Of a stretch of 64,000 nucleotides of DNA, positions 22,328 through 31,156 are shown in pieces. This DNA comes from a virus: the IMG/VR virus record IMGVR_UViG_3300022752_000024, positions 64,001 to 128,000 of that record, one strand, 5' to 3'. Made by a program: the position numbers and the translations under genes. Position 1 is the first letter of the stretch; every line of letters starts with the position of its first letter. The notes below the pieces were generated by a model that saw nothing but the letters and a program-made list of their open reading frames with translations, had not been told where the DNA came from and searched no databases.

Positions 22328-22335
22328 TATTTATA
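22328..22335 (-). promoter_or_regulatory. T4-type late promoter TATAAATA for the gp48 baseplate operon
   Basis: Exact TATAAATA on the minus strand, 36 nt upstream of the gp48 start. Confidence 0.7.
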
Positions 22336-22754
22336 TGGCATACTCTGGACGATTTAAACCTTCAAACCCACAAAAGTATATAGGTGACTATAATAATGTC
22401 ATTTACCGGTCATCATGGGAATGTAGAGTGATGAATTGGCTTGACAAAAATCCTGAAATATTACAATGGAGTTCTGAGGAACTTGTCATTCCATACAAGT
22501 CACCAGTTGACGGAAAATTTCATAGGTACTTTCCAGACTTTACAGTAAAGACAAAAAACAAAACACTGGTTATTGAAATTAAACCAGAAAGAGAAAAAAA
22601 AGAACCTAAACCTCGTAGTAGAATTACAAAACAATACATTCAAGAAGTTGCTACCTATGGAATCAATCAAGCAAAATGGAAAGCAGCAACGGAATATTGT
22701 CTTGATAGAGGTTGGGAGTTCAAAGTTTTAACAGAAAAAGACCTAGGAATATGA
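22335..22754 (+). CDS. gp4: Head completion nuclease
   Basis: AYSGRFKPSNPQKY, YRSSWE, HRYFPDF, EIKP, NQAKWKAA. Confidence 0.93.
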   Translation: MAYSGRFKPSNPQKYIGDYNNVIYRSSWECRVMNWLDKNPEILQWSSEELVIPYKSPVDGKFHRYFPDFTVKTKNKTLVIEIKPEREKKEPKPRSRITKQYIQEVATYGINQAKWKAATEYCLDRGWEFKVLTEKDLGI

Positions 22755-22766
22755 GATAAATAGTAT

Positions 22767-23363
22767 ATGGCCTCTCAATTAACTAAAATCGCACAACAAA
22801 AATCCAATCTCGATCACGAAATATTATCGAGAGAGAGTATCAATTGGCTAAAACAAAAAATTAATACTATTCGTAACCCAATAGCAGTCGCAAGAGAAAT
22901 TACAAGAGAACAGCAAAGAAAACAAAGAACTGTACTAAGAGGTCATTTGTATTTCTATGCTTATGATCCAAAATATGCGGAGATTTTACCATATTACGAT
23001 ATCTTTCCTCTTACTCTGGTATTGGAAAAATATGGCGATGGATTTCTTGGATTAAATCTGCATTATTTACCAATACCATACCGTGCCGCATTTTTGGATA
23101 GATTGCTCGACTTTGCCAAATACGATGAAAATGAGGGTATAGAGAGGCTCAGAGTAACATATGACATTCTGAGAGCAACTAAGAATTTAAAGGCGTTTGA
23201 GCCCTGTCTGAAGCGTTATTTGTACGGTCAAATGAAAACTCCTCCACTAAAAGTAGAAAACCATGAGTGGGAGACAGCTTTATTTTTGCCAGTGGAAAGA
23301 TTTCAAAAAGCTAAAAAGTCTACGGTACATAAAGAATCGATAGAACAAATAAAGGAAATATAA
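22767..23363 (+). CDS. gp2: DNA end protector protein
   Basis: YDPKY..LPYYDIFPL, GFLGLNLHYLP, PCLKRYL. Confidence 0.92.
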   Translation: MASQLTKIAQQKSNLDHEILSRESINWLKQKINTIRNPIAVAREITREQQRKQRTVLRGHLYFYAYDPKYAEILPYYDIFPLTLVLEKYGDGFLGLNLHYLPIPYRAAFLDRLLDFAKYDENEGIERLRVTYDILRATKNLKAFEPCLKRYLYGQMKTPPLKVENHEWETALFLPVERFQKAKKSTVHKESIEQIKEI

Positions 23364-24059
23364 ATGCCATCGTTAAACGAGTTCAAAGCCAGTTTTAAAA
23401 CTGATTTTGCCAGACCAGCTAGGTTTAATGTGGAAATTCCACTTCCACTAAAACTTGTGGCATATTTAAATACAGCAAGATTACTAACATTAAGATGCGA
23501 AAATGCTGAACTTCCAGGTAAAACTGTAGCCACAACAGATAGAAAAATTTATGGTCCTATCGAAAAGCAACCGTATCTAACTACTTTTAATGACTCTACA
23601 TTCACCTTCATTGTGAGTGACGACATGAAAGAGAAAAAGCTTTTTGATGCATGGATGGATTTAATTAATCCAAAAACCACATTTGACCTAAATTACAAAG
23701 GTGACTACATTACACCAATTACTGTGAATCAGTATGATGTAACAAATAAATTATCTTACTCAGTTACAATGATTGATGCATTTCCTGTTTCAGTAAACCA
23801 ATTGGACTTAGATTGGAGTAATGATAACACTCATCATAAACTATCGGTAACCTTTGCATATTATACTTGGGAAAATAATTCAATTCAAAGCTTTGCACAG
23901 GACCTCGTCAATGCTGGAATCTCAACTGGAGTTGATATTGCAACAGAAGCACTTTCGAAATTTAATTTTAAATCACCATTCAGTCCACTTACTTCTGACA
24001 CCGGAGGCGCCGTTTATGATATGAAAACTATCGCTAAAGGTTTTGAAGGAAAAAATTAA
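23364..24059 (+). CDS. gp54: Baseplate tail-tube initiator (gp54 / gp19-like)
   Basis: ARPARFNV, CENAELPG, DAFPVSVNQLDLDW. Confidence 0.75.
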   Translation: MPSLNEFKASFKTDFARPARFNVEIPLPLKLVAYLNTARLLTLRCENAELPGKTVATTDRKIYGPIEKQPYLTTFNDSTFTFIVSDDMKEKKLFDAWMDLINPKTTFDLNYKGDYITPITVNQYDVTNKLSYSVTMIDAFPVSVNQLDLDWSNDNTHHKLSVTFAYYTWENNSIQSFAQDLVNAGISTGVDIATEALSKFNFKSPFSPLTSDTGGAVYDMKTIAKGFEGKN

Positions 24060-24076
24060 TATTATAGGAGATCATC

Positions 24077-24802
24077 ATGGGTTTGCCAAAAATAGATACA
24101 CCAATTTACGAACTTGATTTGCCGTTGTCTAAAAAACATATTCGTTTCAGACCTTTTCTAGTAAAAGAACAAAGAAACTTATTGATGGCTCTTGAAGCAG
24201 AAGATAATGACAGTATAGAGCAAAACATTAAACAAGTTTTGCATAATTGTACTTTGACTGAAGATATTGATATCGAAAAACTTCCTGTTACAGATGTTGA
24301 ATATTATTTTCTAAATCTTCGTGCCCGGTCAGTCGGAGAAGTTGCAGAAAACAAATATAGATGCAACAATGAGGTAGACGGAAAAGAATGCGGTAGCATA
24401 ATGGAAGTGAATGTGAATTTGCTGGACATCAAAGTAGATATGCCAGAAAATATTACAGATACCATTAAGTTGTCAAATAATATGACAGTTAAACTAAAGT
24501 ATCCTGAGTTTTCTATAGTTAAAGAAGCAAAAGATACTACGGATATTGGAGAGTTTGCAATTAAAATGATTGCAAGTAGTATTGAATATATTCACGATGG
24601 AGAACAATTCTATTATGCATCTGAAGTGGATCAGAATGAACTTGTTGAATTTATAGATTCTCTCAATCAACAACAGTTTGTAAAACTAGAAGAATTCTTC
24701 AACAATCTACCTAAGTTGCAAAAGACTGTAGATTTTACTTGTGGTAAATGCGAGTTCAATCACAAACTAGAACTTGAAGGACTCAACAATTTTTTCGTCT
24801 AA
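24077..24802 (+). CDS. gp26: Baseplate hub assembly protein / chaperone
   Basis: LPKIDTPIYELDLP, RPFLVKE, LRARSVGE, C-terminal CxxC..LEGLNNFF. Confidence 0.9.
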   Translation: MGLPKIDTPIYELDLPLSKKHIRFRPFLVKEQRNLLMALEAEDNDSIEQNIKQVLHNCTLTEDIDIEKLPVTDVEYYFLNLRARSVGEVAENKYRCNNEVDGKECGSIMEVNVNLLDIKVDMPENITDTIKLSNNMTVKLKYPEFSIVKEAKDTTDIGEFAIKMIASSIEYIHDGEQFYYASEVDQNELVEFIDSLNQQQFVKLEEFFNNLPKLQKTVDFTCGKCEFNHKLELEGLNNFFV

Positions 24803-24993
24803 CCTTTCGTCATGATTCATTGCAGAATTATTATAGAACAAATTTTGCATTGATGCAGCATCACAAATATAGTCTTGCGGAACTTGAGAATATGCTACCG
24901 TGGGAGAGAGATATTTACGTGAATCTCTTAATTCAACACATTGAAGAAGAAAATGAAAAAATAAAACAAAGAAACGCAGAAAGAAGAAAGTAG
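24790..24993 (+). CDS. gp51: gp51-like hub assembly protein, open in the -1 frame of gp26 (not in ORF track)
   Basis: Frame reads FFRLTFRHDSLQNYYRTNFALMQHHKYSLAELENMLPWERDIYVNLL to TAG at 24991-24993. First ATG is only at 24853. Confidence 0.85.
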   Translation, partial: FFRLTFRHDSLQNYYRTNFALMQHHKYSLAELENMLPWERDIYVNLLIQHIEEENEKIKQRNAERRK

Positions 24994-26688
24994 ATGATAC
25001 CATTACTAGGTAATAAATCTAGACCAGAACCATCAGAAGAATTAACAAACAATGCAGGCGGATTGATGAGTAAATTCAATCCGTCTAATTTGGTTCGAGG
25101 TTTGGTTGGAGGTAAACGATCAGGTTCTTCTATGGGTGATATGATTGGAACAGATAGACAGAAATTAAAATCTGCCGTAAGTCCAAAAAACAAAGATCCA
25201 GAACTAACAACGGTTGGAGCATCCGATATCTCTCCTGTTCGTAAAGGTGATTCTGTTGCAAACGTGGCTGCAAAAGTATATAACCTAATTAACGGAAAAT
25301 ATGATGAAAGAAAAAAAGAAATTAAACTCGAAAATAAGCTGACACAAGAGTTAGCAATAAAAAAAGAAAAAAGACATACGGAACTTTTGAGAGCATTGAG
25401 CGAGAGACCTAAGCAAAAAGTAACTGAGGTAAAGGTACCCAAAAAAGAAGAACCCAAACCAACTCCTCAAGCAGCACCTAAACCTAGTGCTCCTCAAGCG
25501 GCTGCTCCTAAGCCAACAACACCACAAGCTGCTGCTCCTAAACCAGCATCACAGGCAGCAGCCCCAAAACCTGGTGCTCCTCAAGCGGCTGCTCCAAAAC
25601 CTACTACACCACAAGCACCTCAGGCAGCAGCACCTAAACCAACAACACCACAAGCGGCCGCTCCTAAACCAACAACACCACAAGCACCACAAGCGGCTGC
25701 TCCAAAACCTGCGGCACCTACGGCTGCACCTGCTGCTCCAGCAGTTCCTTCGGCTGCTCCTATTACACAGGCAGCACCTGCGGTATCTACCGCAACTCAA
25801 GTAGCCGTAGGTACAGCATTAGTAGCAGCATCGTCATATTCTTTTGCGGCAGGACCTCTTGCTGAAAATATTGTTGCTCATGAAAGTAAAGTTTCTTCTC
25901 CATTGCGTAGAGATGGAAAAAAAATTACAACTAAATGGAAAAATGATAGCGAATATAATGCATATAATAAAGGAACTAAAATTGCTGCCGATTTTGATGA
26001 AAAAGGAGAATCTGTAATTGATTTCTCTAAGATGACAATAGAAGAATATTTGCAGAGAGGTTCTATTAAAGATCCTAAAAATCCTAAAAAGATATTTGCT
26101 ATGGGTAGATATCAAATCATTCCAGACACAATGAAATTTTTGGTTAAGAATTTAAATATAGATCCAAAAACAACATATCTGACAAAAGAAACTCAAGATT
26201 ATCTTTTCATGGCTGGAATCATAGGAACAAAAAGAAAAAAAGTAAAAGCGTATATTGATGGAGATGCAAAAGTAACTAGAGATGAAGCCATATTGGAATT
26301 ATCACAAGAATTTGCCTCAATTGGTGTACCATATGATACGAAATATAAAGGAAAAGTAATAAAAAAAGGACAATCGTATTATGGTCAAAACACAAAATCT
26401 GGTTTTGCTTTAAATCCTCCAGAAGAAGTTGGTAAAGCTTTAGATGCCGAAAGAGAAAGACAAACGAAACTAAAACAAAAATCAACACCATCGAATGTGC
26501 CAGGTCAAGGAAAAAAATTAGGTGAAGCATCAACAGAAAATGCAGATTTAAAGAAAACAGCATCATCAGGACAATCCACAATAATCATGAATAATAACAC
26601 TACAGTAGCAGCAATGTCACCAACAAATCAAACTATGGTAGCACCAAAATCTGATGCATCGAAATTCGTACAAGGAGTTGGAGCATAA
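24994..26688 (+). CDS. Tail-associated protein with Pro/Ala linker and lysozyme-like domain
   Basis: QAAAPKP repeats; IVAHES..YNAYN..AMGRYQIIPDT..TQDYL resembles phage muramidase-fold domains. Confidence 0.7.
   Translation: MIPLLGNKSRPEPSEELTNNAGGLMSKFNPSNLVRGLVGGKRSGSSMGDMIGTDRQKLKSAVSPKNKDPELTTVGASDISPVRKGDSVANVAAKVYNLINGKYDERKKEIKLENKLTQELAIKKEKRHTELLRALSERPKQKVTEVKVPKKEEPKPTPQAAPKPSAPQAAAPKPTTPQAAAPKPASQAAAPKPGAPQAAAPKPTTPQAPQAAAPKPTTPQAAAPKPTTPQAPQAAAPKPAAPTAAPAAPAVPSAAPITQAAPAVSTATQVAVGTALVAASSYSFAAGPLAENIVAHESKVSSPLRRDGKKITTKWKNDSEYNAYNKGTKIAADFDEKGESVIDFSKMTIEEYLQRGSIKDPKNPKKIFAMGRYQIIPDTMKFLVKNLNIDPKTTYLTKETQDYLFMAGIIGTKRKKVKAYIDGDAKVTRDEAILELSQEFASIGVPYDTKYKGKVIKKGQSYYGQNTKSGFALNPPEEVGKALDAERERQTKLKQKSTPSNVPGQGKKLGEASTENADLKKTASSGQSTIIMNNNTTVAAMSPTNQTMVAPKSDASKFVQGVGA
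25460..25760 (+). repeat. Pro/Ala/Lys coding repeats (QAAAPKPxxP, about 8 copies)
   Basis: Visible in the translation and as degenerate ~30-bp repeats. Confidence 0.85.
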
Positions 26689-28220
26689 TGGAAAAGGCAT
26701 ATCAATATCAACAAGCAAGAAGAATTGGAAAAATATCCATTTCAGACCTTATTGCTAAAAATATTATTGAAGGTGAAAGTATTCCTGGTGCTATAGGAAA
26801 ATCAATCTCACAAAAATTCAGGGCAAGAGCAACTAGATTTAAAGAGAAATTTGATCTTTTAAACATTGCAAGTATGCTTGTGGGTAGAAGCAGATTAGGT
26901 ACTGCTATTCTTGGTAAATTGATGGGTCGTAGTGGTGAAGATATTGCATACTTTGCTAAAAAAGGAAGCAGAGCTGGTGGCGCAAAAAATCCATTTTATA
27001 CAAGAATTGGTGCTGGTTCAAGAGAGCCAGTAAAACGAAACGATAATGTAGCGGATGTATTTGCTAAAGTATACAACTTGATGGAGCGAACGTATGAGCA
27101 AGAAAAACGTTTAAAGGAAATACAAAGTAATTTTAAAGAAGAACAAGACATAGAAGATGAAAGACGCCATGAAGAATTACTAGAAGCAATCACTGGTAAA
27201 AAATCTACTAAGCCTAAGGCGACAAAAATAAAAGAAAAGAAAGAAGAAGGCGGTGGTATTTTTGATACGATCAAGAAGATGTTTGCTGATCTAGTATCAT
27301 CTTTGAGTCCATTCATTAATTTAGCTAAAACAATTATGACTGCTTTTGGTAATGGATTTTTGAGTGTGATTGCAAGACTTGGAGCATTCTTATTAAGTCC
27401 TGTTGGTATTGCCATACTAGGACTATTGACTGTTGCTGCACTAGGAAAATATATTTTCGATCTTTGGTTACAAAGAGATGAAGCTCAAACACAAAAAGCT
27501 TTAGCTAGTGGATATGGAGGTGAAGCAGAATATGAATCAATGAAAGAAAGTCAAGAAAAAGAAGCAGAAAGAGCAAAGATAATTAAAAAATTCAATAAGG
27601 ATAAGAAAGGTGATATCACCAATGCTACCTTACCTGAACTGAATGCCTTGCGTGATGATATTCTGCAATATGGTAATCCTAGATTTCTATTAAAGAGTAA
27701 TCCTACACCATTAATCAAGGAGACGTCAAAAAAACTTGATTCTATTGAAGCAGAAATTAAAAAGAGAAAAGAAAGTCAGTCAACTACTACACCTATACCT
27801 TCAGTAGCATCACCTGCTGCAATGAGTGAGAAGACTGCTGCACCTATACCTTCAGTAGCAACTCCTGCTGCTATGAGTAACCAAACTACTATGTCATCAA
27901 GTGCAGAGCCACAATCTAAACCATTACCTGCAGGTGTCAATCTTCAAGATAATGAAAGCAGACCATCTAAACCTATTCCTGTTTCAACTGTGCCTTCTAT
28001 TCCACCAGTAGAAAATATAATGAAGCAGAATTTTGAATTAAATCTTCAAGAGAATACTGGCGGTATGGCTGGTGCACCTATAGTTATCAATAAAAATAAT
28101 GTTGGTGGTTTAAATGTTGGAAATGGTGATACCGGAACTATAACTGGTGCTGCATCTGTTCGTGATTCTCCATTAGGTGACTTGATTGGTAGATTGCAGA
28201 AAAGAGCCTCTGTAATGTAA
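26688..28220 (+). CDS. Tape-measure / gp29-like tail protein
   Basis: Helical and charged with a central hydrophobic segment; ends the late operon after gp26/gp51. Confidence 0.5.
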   Translation: MEKAYQYQQARRIGKISISDLIAKNIIEGESIPGAIGKSISQKFRARATRFKEKFDLLNIASMLVGRSRLGTAILGKLMGRSGEDIAYFAKKGSRAGGAKNPFYTRIGAGSREPVKRNDNVADVFAKVYNLMERTYEQEKRLKEIQSNFKEEQDIEDERRHEELLEAITGKKSTKPKATKIKEKKEEGGGIFDTIKKMFADLVSSLSPFINLAKTIMTAFGNGFLSVIARLGAFLLSPVGIAILGLLTVAALGKYIFDLWLQRDEAQTQKALASGYGGEAEYESMKESQEKEAERAKIIKKFNKDKKGDITNATLPELNALRDDILQYGNPRFLLKSNPTPLIKETSKKLDSIEAEIKKRKESQSTTTPIPSVASPAAMSEKTAAPIPSVATPAAMSNQTTMSSSAEPQSKPLPAGVNLQDNESRPSKPIPVSTVPSIPPVENIMKQNFELNLQENTGGMAGAPIVINKNNVGGLNVGNGDTGTITGAASVRDSPLGDLIGRLQKRASVM

Positions 28221-28241
28221 AAACCCCGCACAAGGCGGGGC
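28219..28241 (-). terminator. Rho-independent terminator after gp32 (convergent junction)
   Basis: CCCCGC-cttgt-GCGGGG followed by TTTTT on the minus strand. Confidence 0.8.
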
Positions 28242-28264
28242 TAAACAAGACCGTCTAGTCTGTT

Positions 28265-29152
28265 TTAATCTTCTGCTGCAAGTTTGGCAAAGTAATCCAT
28301 GTCATCATCTTCTGACTCCTCTAAGCTAGGTGCTGCTTTAGGTGCCACTTTCTTGATAACTGGTTCTGCATCTTCAACAGTTGTTTGTGGGAAAGAACTA
28401 CCACCGTCTAGACCTAGAACTTTATCTAAACGTGCTTTCACTTGTTCATATGATTTGAACTTACTTGGGTCAATGATCTCTTTAAGAGAGTATTCAGACT
28501 TCCATACTTTCTCAAGTGTATCATCATCGTCAAGTAAAGCGGCAGGTGAATCAAATTCACATTTGTCGTAGTTTTGATAACCATCGACTTTACGAATCTT
28601 CAGTTTGAAGTTTGCACCTTTCCACAAATCAAAAGGATTCATAGGCTTCTCATCTTCAAATTCTGGATTCATAGCACCATTGATTTTATCAAAAATGATT
28701 TTACCATATTTGAACAAAAAGACTTTACCATTGTTCTCTGGACGCTTAGGGTCTTCAACAACATAGATATTTGAAATATACGATAACTTACGCTTCTGAT
28801 CACGGGCAATCTTTTTGTTTGCTTCTATGCCTGAGTTCCATAGGTTTGTGTTGTGTTCACAAACTGGACACTTGTCATTGTTTGTAGTACGACAATCATC
28901 GATCAGCCAACCACCAGGACCTTGAAAGCCATGACGGAATACTTTGACCCAAGGTAAACCTTCATCGCCATCGGCAGGTGGCTCAGGTAGAAAACGAATA
29001 ACAGCATAACCATTACCAGACTTATCTAGTTCTGGTTTCCAGTAATTGTCATCGGATGAATTTGATTCAGAATTTTGATTGAGTGATTCAATCGCTTTGG
29101 AAAGTTTGTCTAGGTTAGACGAACTCTTTTTCAATTTAGAAAAATCTGCCAT
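28265..29152 (-). CDS. gp32: Single-stranded DNA-binding protein
   Basis: WKPELDKSGNGYAVIRFLP, HGFQGPGGW, CPVC, GANFKLKIRKVDGYQNYD, acidic tail; RBS AAGGAG before ATG at 29152. Confidence 0.96.
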   Translation of the reverse strand: MADFSKLKKSSSNLDKLSKAIESLNQNSESNSSDDNYWKPELDKSGNGYAVIRFLPEPPADGDEGLPWVKVFRHGFQGPGGWLIDDCRTTNNDKCPVCEHNTNLWNSGIEANKKIARDQKRKLSYISNIYVVEDPKRPENNGKVFLFKYGKIIFDKINGAMNPEFEDEKPMNPFDLWKGANFKLKIRKVDGYQNYDKCEFDSPAALLDDDDTLEKVWKSEYSLKEIIDPSKFKSYEQVKARLDKVLGLDGGSSFPQTTVEDAEPVIKKVAPKAAPSLEESEDDDMDYFAKLAAED

Positions 29153-29270
29153 AGTAATCTCCTTATTAAACGGCGTATAAACGGAATATAATCGACTTGT
29201 CCACAATGTATCTCATAATATTAAACTATTTAGTCTCAAATTGCAAGCACTATTTTACATATTTTTACTG

Positions 29271-29885
29271 CTAGGTAATGTATGCCGAACTAGCATACAA
29301 TTCTTTTAATTTTGCTTTGTACTTCATTTTATCATAAACAAGAAATGGAGTATACTTTTCTATCTTTTTTTGCCAAGTAGGCCAGATAATATCATCGTCA
29401 ATCTTTTTTTTCCACATTGGTAAGAAGTTCATAATATCATTGAGTATTACCATAGTCTCTATGCATATTTTACTTGATGCCAATTCAGAAAGCAATATTG
29501 GAAACATACCTTGTCTTGGTTTAATAAGTTCTTCAGGATTATAATTATCCAACAAATAGGATACTTGATTTTCAAAAAGATAGAACAATGACTGGTTACG
29601 TTTTTGCCATGTGCGGTATATTTCTTCTGCTTCTTCAGTAAGTAATTCTCCTACCCACTTAGAATCATTTACTAAAAAGTTTGCAACAAAAAAACTTCTA
29701 CATTCTTCTAAGGAATATTTTCTAGATAATTTGTAGAATGAGTATTTGTTTTTATTGGTAAGAAAAGATTCTTTGGAAGTATTAGTCTTACCGTTGTACT
29801 TAAAGTAATCATAGCTGTTGCTAATAAAATGCAACCTCAATGATTGATACATCATATAAACGGCTAGTCCTCCATTTTCACTCAT
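29271..29885 (-). CDS. gp59: Helicase loader
   Basis: LRLHF..YDYFKYNGK, FYKLSRKY, KYTPFL; adjacent to gp32. Confidence 0.88.
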   Translation of the reverse strand: MSENGGLAVYMMYQSLRLHFISNSYDYFKYNGKTNTSKESFLTNKNKYSFYKLSRKYSLEECRSFFVANFLVNDSKWVGELLTEEAEEIYRTWQKRNQSLFYLFENQVSYLLDNYNPEELIKPRQGMFPILLSELASSKICIETMVILNDIMNFLPMWKKKIDDDIIWPTWQKKIEKYTPFLVYDKMKYKAKLKELYASSAYIT

Positions 29886-30103
29886 AGGGGTAGTCTGCAA
29901 GTTTTCTTTATTTGATTATTGCTTTCTGCTTGTTCACGAATCTTTGATTTTAAGTTGGGTGAGATTAAAGTTGAAGCGACTTCGATTTCTAAACCTGTTT
30001 GTGAACAATGGTGCAGAATAGCATCGATATAATCAGAACTTAGCCGACTTGATAGTTCCTCAATCAACAGACTGAAATCTTTTATTTCCTCTTTCGTTGC
30101 CAT
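29882..30103 (-). CDS. gp33: Late transcription coactivator
   Basis: YIDAILHHC..GLEIE..LIS..LKSKI..A; synteny with gp59. Confidence 0.85.
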   Translation of the reverse strand: MATKEEIKDFSLLIEELSSRLSSDYIDAILHHCSQTGLEIEVASTLISPNLKSKIREQAESNNQIKKTCRLPL

Positions 30104-30251
30104 ATTCTTTTAGTGTCCTTATTAATTCATCAATATCTTCATCATGCATAAAAATGGTAGAAGAAAATCTAAGACCATCTTCTCTTTCATCATCAATCTT
30201 AGTTAACAAAAACTGTTTACTGCCATATGGTGATATTTTAAATCTTATCAT
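30060..30251 (-). CDS. Hypothetical protein
   Basis: ORF track; tightly packed in the operon. Confidence 0.55.
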   Translation of the reverse strand: MIRFKISPYGSKQFLLTKIDDEREDGLRFSSTIFMHDEDIDELIRTLKEYGNERGNKRFQSVD

Positions 30252-30778
30252 GTGTTTGTATAAAATATGTGATTACCAATTTGCATTACAACATGCTTTT
30301 TATTCCAACCAGGACTAACATACTTTGCATGGTAAAACATTGCTTGAGTTCTAGCTAGTTTAACATGAGCGATAGGTTGTGTCAATGCTTTCATTGCAAT
30401 ATATTTGGATTCTTCCCAAAGATAGGCATTCTTTGCCGCAGGAACAGTCGTACATGTCCAACTAAACTGACAGACACTTTTGCCATTATAATTAGTTTTT
30501 TGATATACCACACCACATATGTTTACTGGATATTTACCTGAATTAGTTCGATTGATTGTCACCTGTGCTACTGCAAGCTTTCCTTCAAAAGATTCAGATC
30601 CTGCTTCATAGTAAATATTCTTAGCTAAACATTCCATTTCTTTGCTCATGTGTACTTGAATATCAGTATTGATATCTTGTCTCACTTGATATGGAAACGA
30701 ATAGATAAGAATTACAGTAAAAAATAATATAGTAGCTATAAGCAGGTTGACACTTGTGAATATTTTATTTTTAAGCAT
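30248..30778 (-). CDS. Cell wall hydrolase (SleB / Hydrolase_2 family)
   Basis: CLAKNIYYEA, AVAQVTINR, CQFSW, FYHA, IGNHIFY; N-terminal hydrophobic anchor. Confidence 0.9.
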   Translation of the reverse strand: MLKNKIFTSVNLLIATILFFTVILIYSFPYQVRQDINTDIQVHMSKEMECLAKNIYYEAGSESFEGKLAVAQVTINRTNSGKYPVNICGVVYQKTNYNGKSVCQFSWTCTTVPAAKNAYLWEESKYIAMKALTQPIAHVKLARTQAMFYHAKYVSPGWNKKHVVMQIGNHIFYTNT

Positions 30779-30799
30779 TACTTCTCCTTAATAGTTAGG

Positions 30800-30817
30800 G
30801 AGAGACCGAAGTCTCTC
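30800..30817 (-). other. cUUCGg tetraloop hairpin in the hydrolase leader
   Basis: GAGAGAC-TTCG-GTCTCTC on the minus strand, just upstream of the AAGGAG RBS. Confidence 0.7.
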
Positions 30818-30957
30818 TTGTCCCAATCAGGTAGACTTTTTGCTAGTAGTCTTTTCTGGTATGATATTTGAAACGAATCCGTTTAAGGATTGTGTTGTGT
30901 GTAAAAAGTGTGGTAGTGAGTTTATTTCTCAGGTACTCACTCGACCTGTGATATTAT

Positions 30958-31032
30958 TTAGCGATTTGCAATATACATGGAAATTTCAAAACCAAAACGC
31001 ATATCTTGTGCTGAAGGTGTAGTCCATTTCAT
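30958..31032 (-). CDS. pqqA: Pyrroloquinoline quinone precursor peptide PqqA (24 aa, not in ORF track)
   Basis: Hand translation MKWTTPSAQDMRFGFEISMYIANR* matches the PqqA pattern W-x-x-P-x4-(L/M)R-x-GFE-x-x-MY, with the ExxxY core. Strong RBS AAGGAGA upstream. Confidence 0.92.
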   Translation of the reverse strand: MKWTTPSAQDMRFGFEISMYIANR

Positions 31033-31119
31033 ATCATTCTCCTTGATTTGTCATAGCAAAATACTACGACTATAATTATATATGCATAGTGTAACACGAA
31101 TGTAATAATTAAAACCATT

Positions 31120-31156
31120 AAAATGCAAGGTGATTGGGTAATAAGGACACCTTGCG
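31120..31156 (-). terminator. Terminator / 3' hairpin of tmRNA
   Basis: GCAAGGTG...CACCTTGC followed by ATTTT on the minus strand. Confidence 0.65.

Noticed and set aside
25487-25804. Alternative-frame ORFs of 105 and 83 aa
   Set aside because: By-products of the Pro/Ala repeat in the 564-aa gene.
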